The notes under the pieces were generated by a model. That model ran no database searches and was not told the origin of the DNA. It was given only the letters and a program-made list of their open reading frames with translations. DNA of 64,000 bases from Octopus vulgaris (taxonomy: Eukaryota). Location of the stretch: assembly GCA_951406725.2 (NCBI GenBank), contig OX597819.1, positions 73,780,001 through 73,844,000 on the forward strand, written 5' to 3'. Positions 63,744 through 64,000 of the stretch are shown piece by piece. A program made the position numbers and the translations under genes. The first letter of the stretch is position 1. Each line of letters starts with the position of its first letter.

Positions 63744-64000
63744 CTGGTGGAGTAAATGGAAATTGCAACAGTTTGAGAATAAGGTATTTATACACACACA
63801 AAGACAAAGGAAAAAAACACACACATACATACATACATTCATGCATACACACATGCATGTACACACACATGCATGCACACATACACATGCATGCACATAC
63901 ACACATGCATATATGCATGCATGTACATACACATGCAAACACACATGCATGCACGTACACATGCAAACACACATACATGCACACACACACGTACATGCAT

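Noticed and set aside
63601-63996. 131-aa ORF as a standalone gene
   Set aside because: Only 63654-63743 is a MEIOB exon. The rest is intronic microsatellite.

Overview
AT-rich, microsatellite- and SINE-dense animal genomic DNA. The repeat families strongly suggest an octopus (inferred from repeat appearance, not from a search). Three spliced genes were rebuilt by hand from GT-AG sites and frame continuity; the ORF track misses most exons. (1) Coding exon 1 of mu-crystallin/ketimine reductase (CRYM), - strand, 2034..1868. (2) A complete 22-exon nucleoporin NUP85, + strand, 7953..51314, 664 aa, head-to-head with CRYM. (3) The last five exons of MEIOB, - strand, 63743..55432, tail-to-tail with NUP85. 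The non-coding DNA holds an R4/Dong-like LINE relic, a young 5'-truncated CR1-type LINE, RTE fragments, a TIR-bounded pogo-like transposon, mariner/hAT/Mutator-like MITEs, long fold-back palindromes, several tRNA-derived SINE families and a tRNA-Ile pseudogene. The two most notable observations are a tRNA-headed SINE whose tail carries a Penelope-type minimal hammerhead ribozyme core in an inverted arrangement, and a 20-bp duplication of the NUP85 exon-15 splice donor. Homolog comparisons are from recalled human sequences, and repeat boundaries are approximate.
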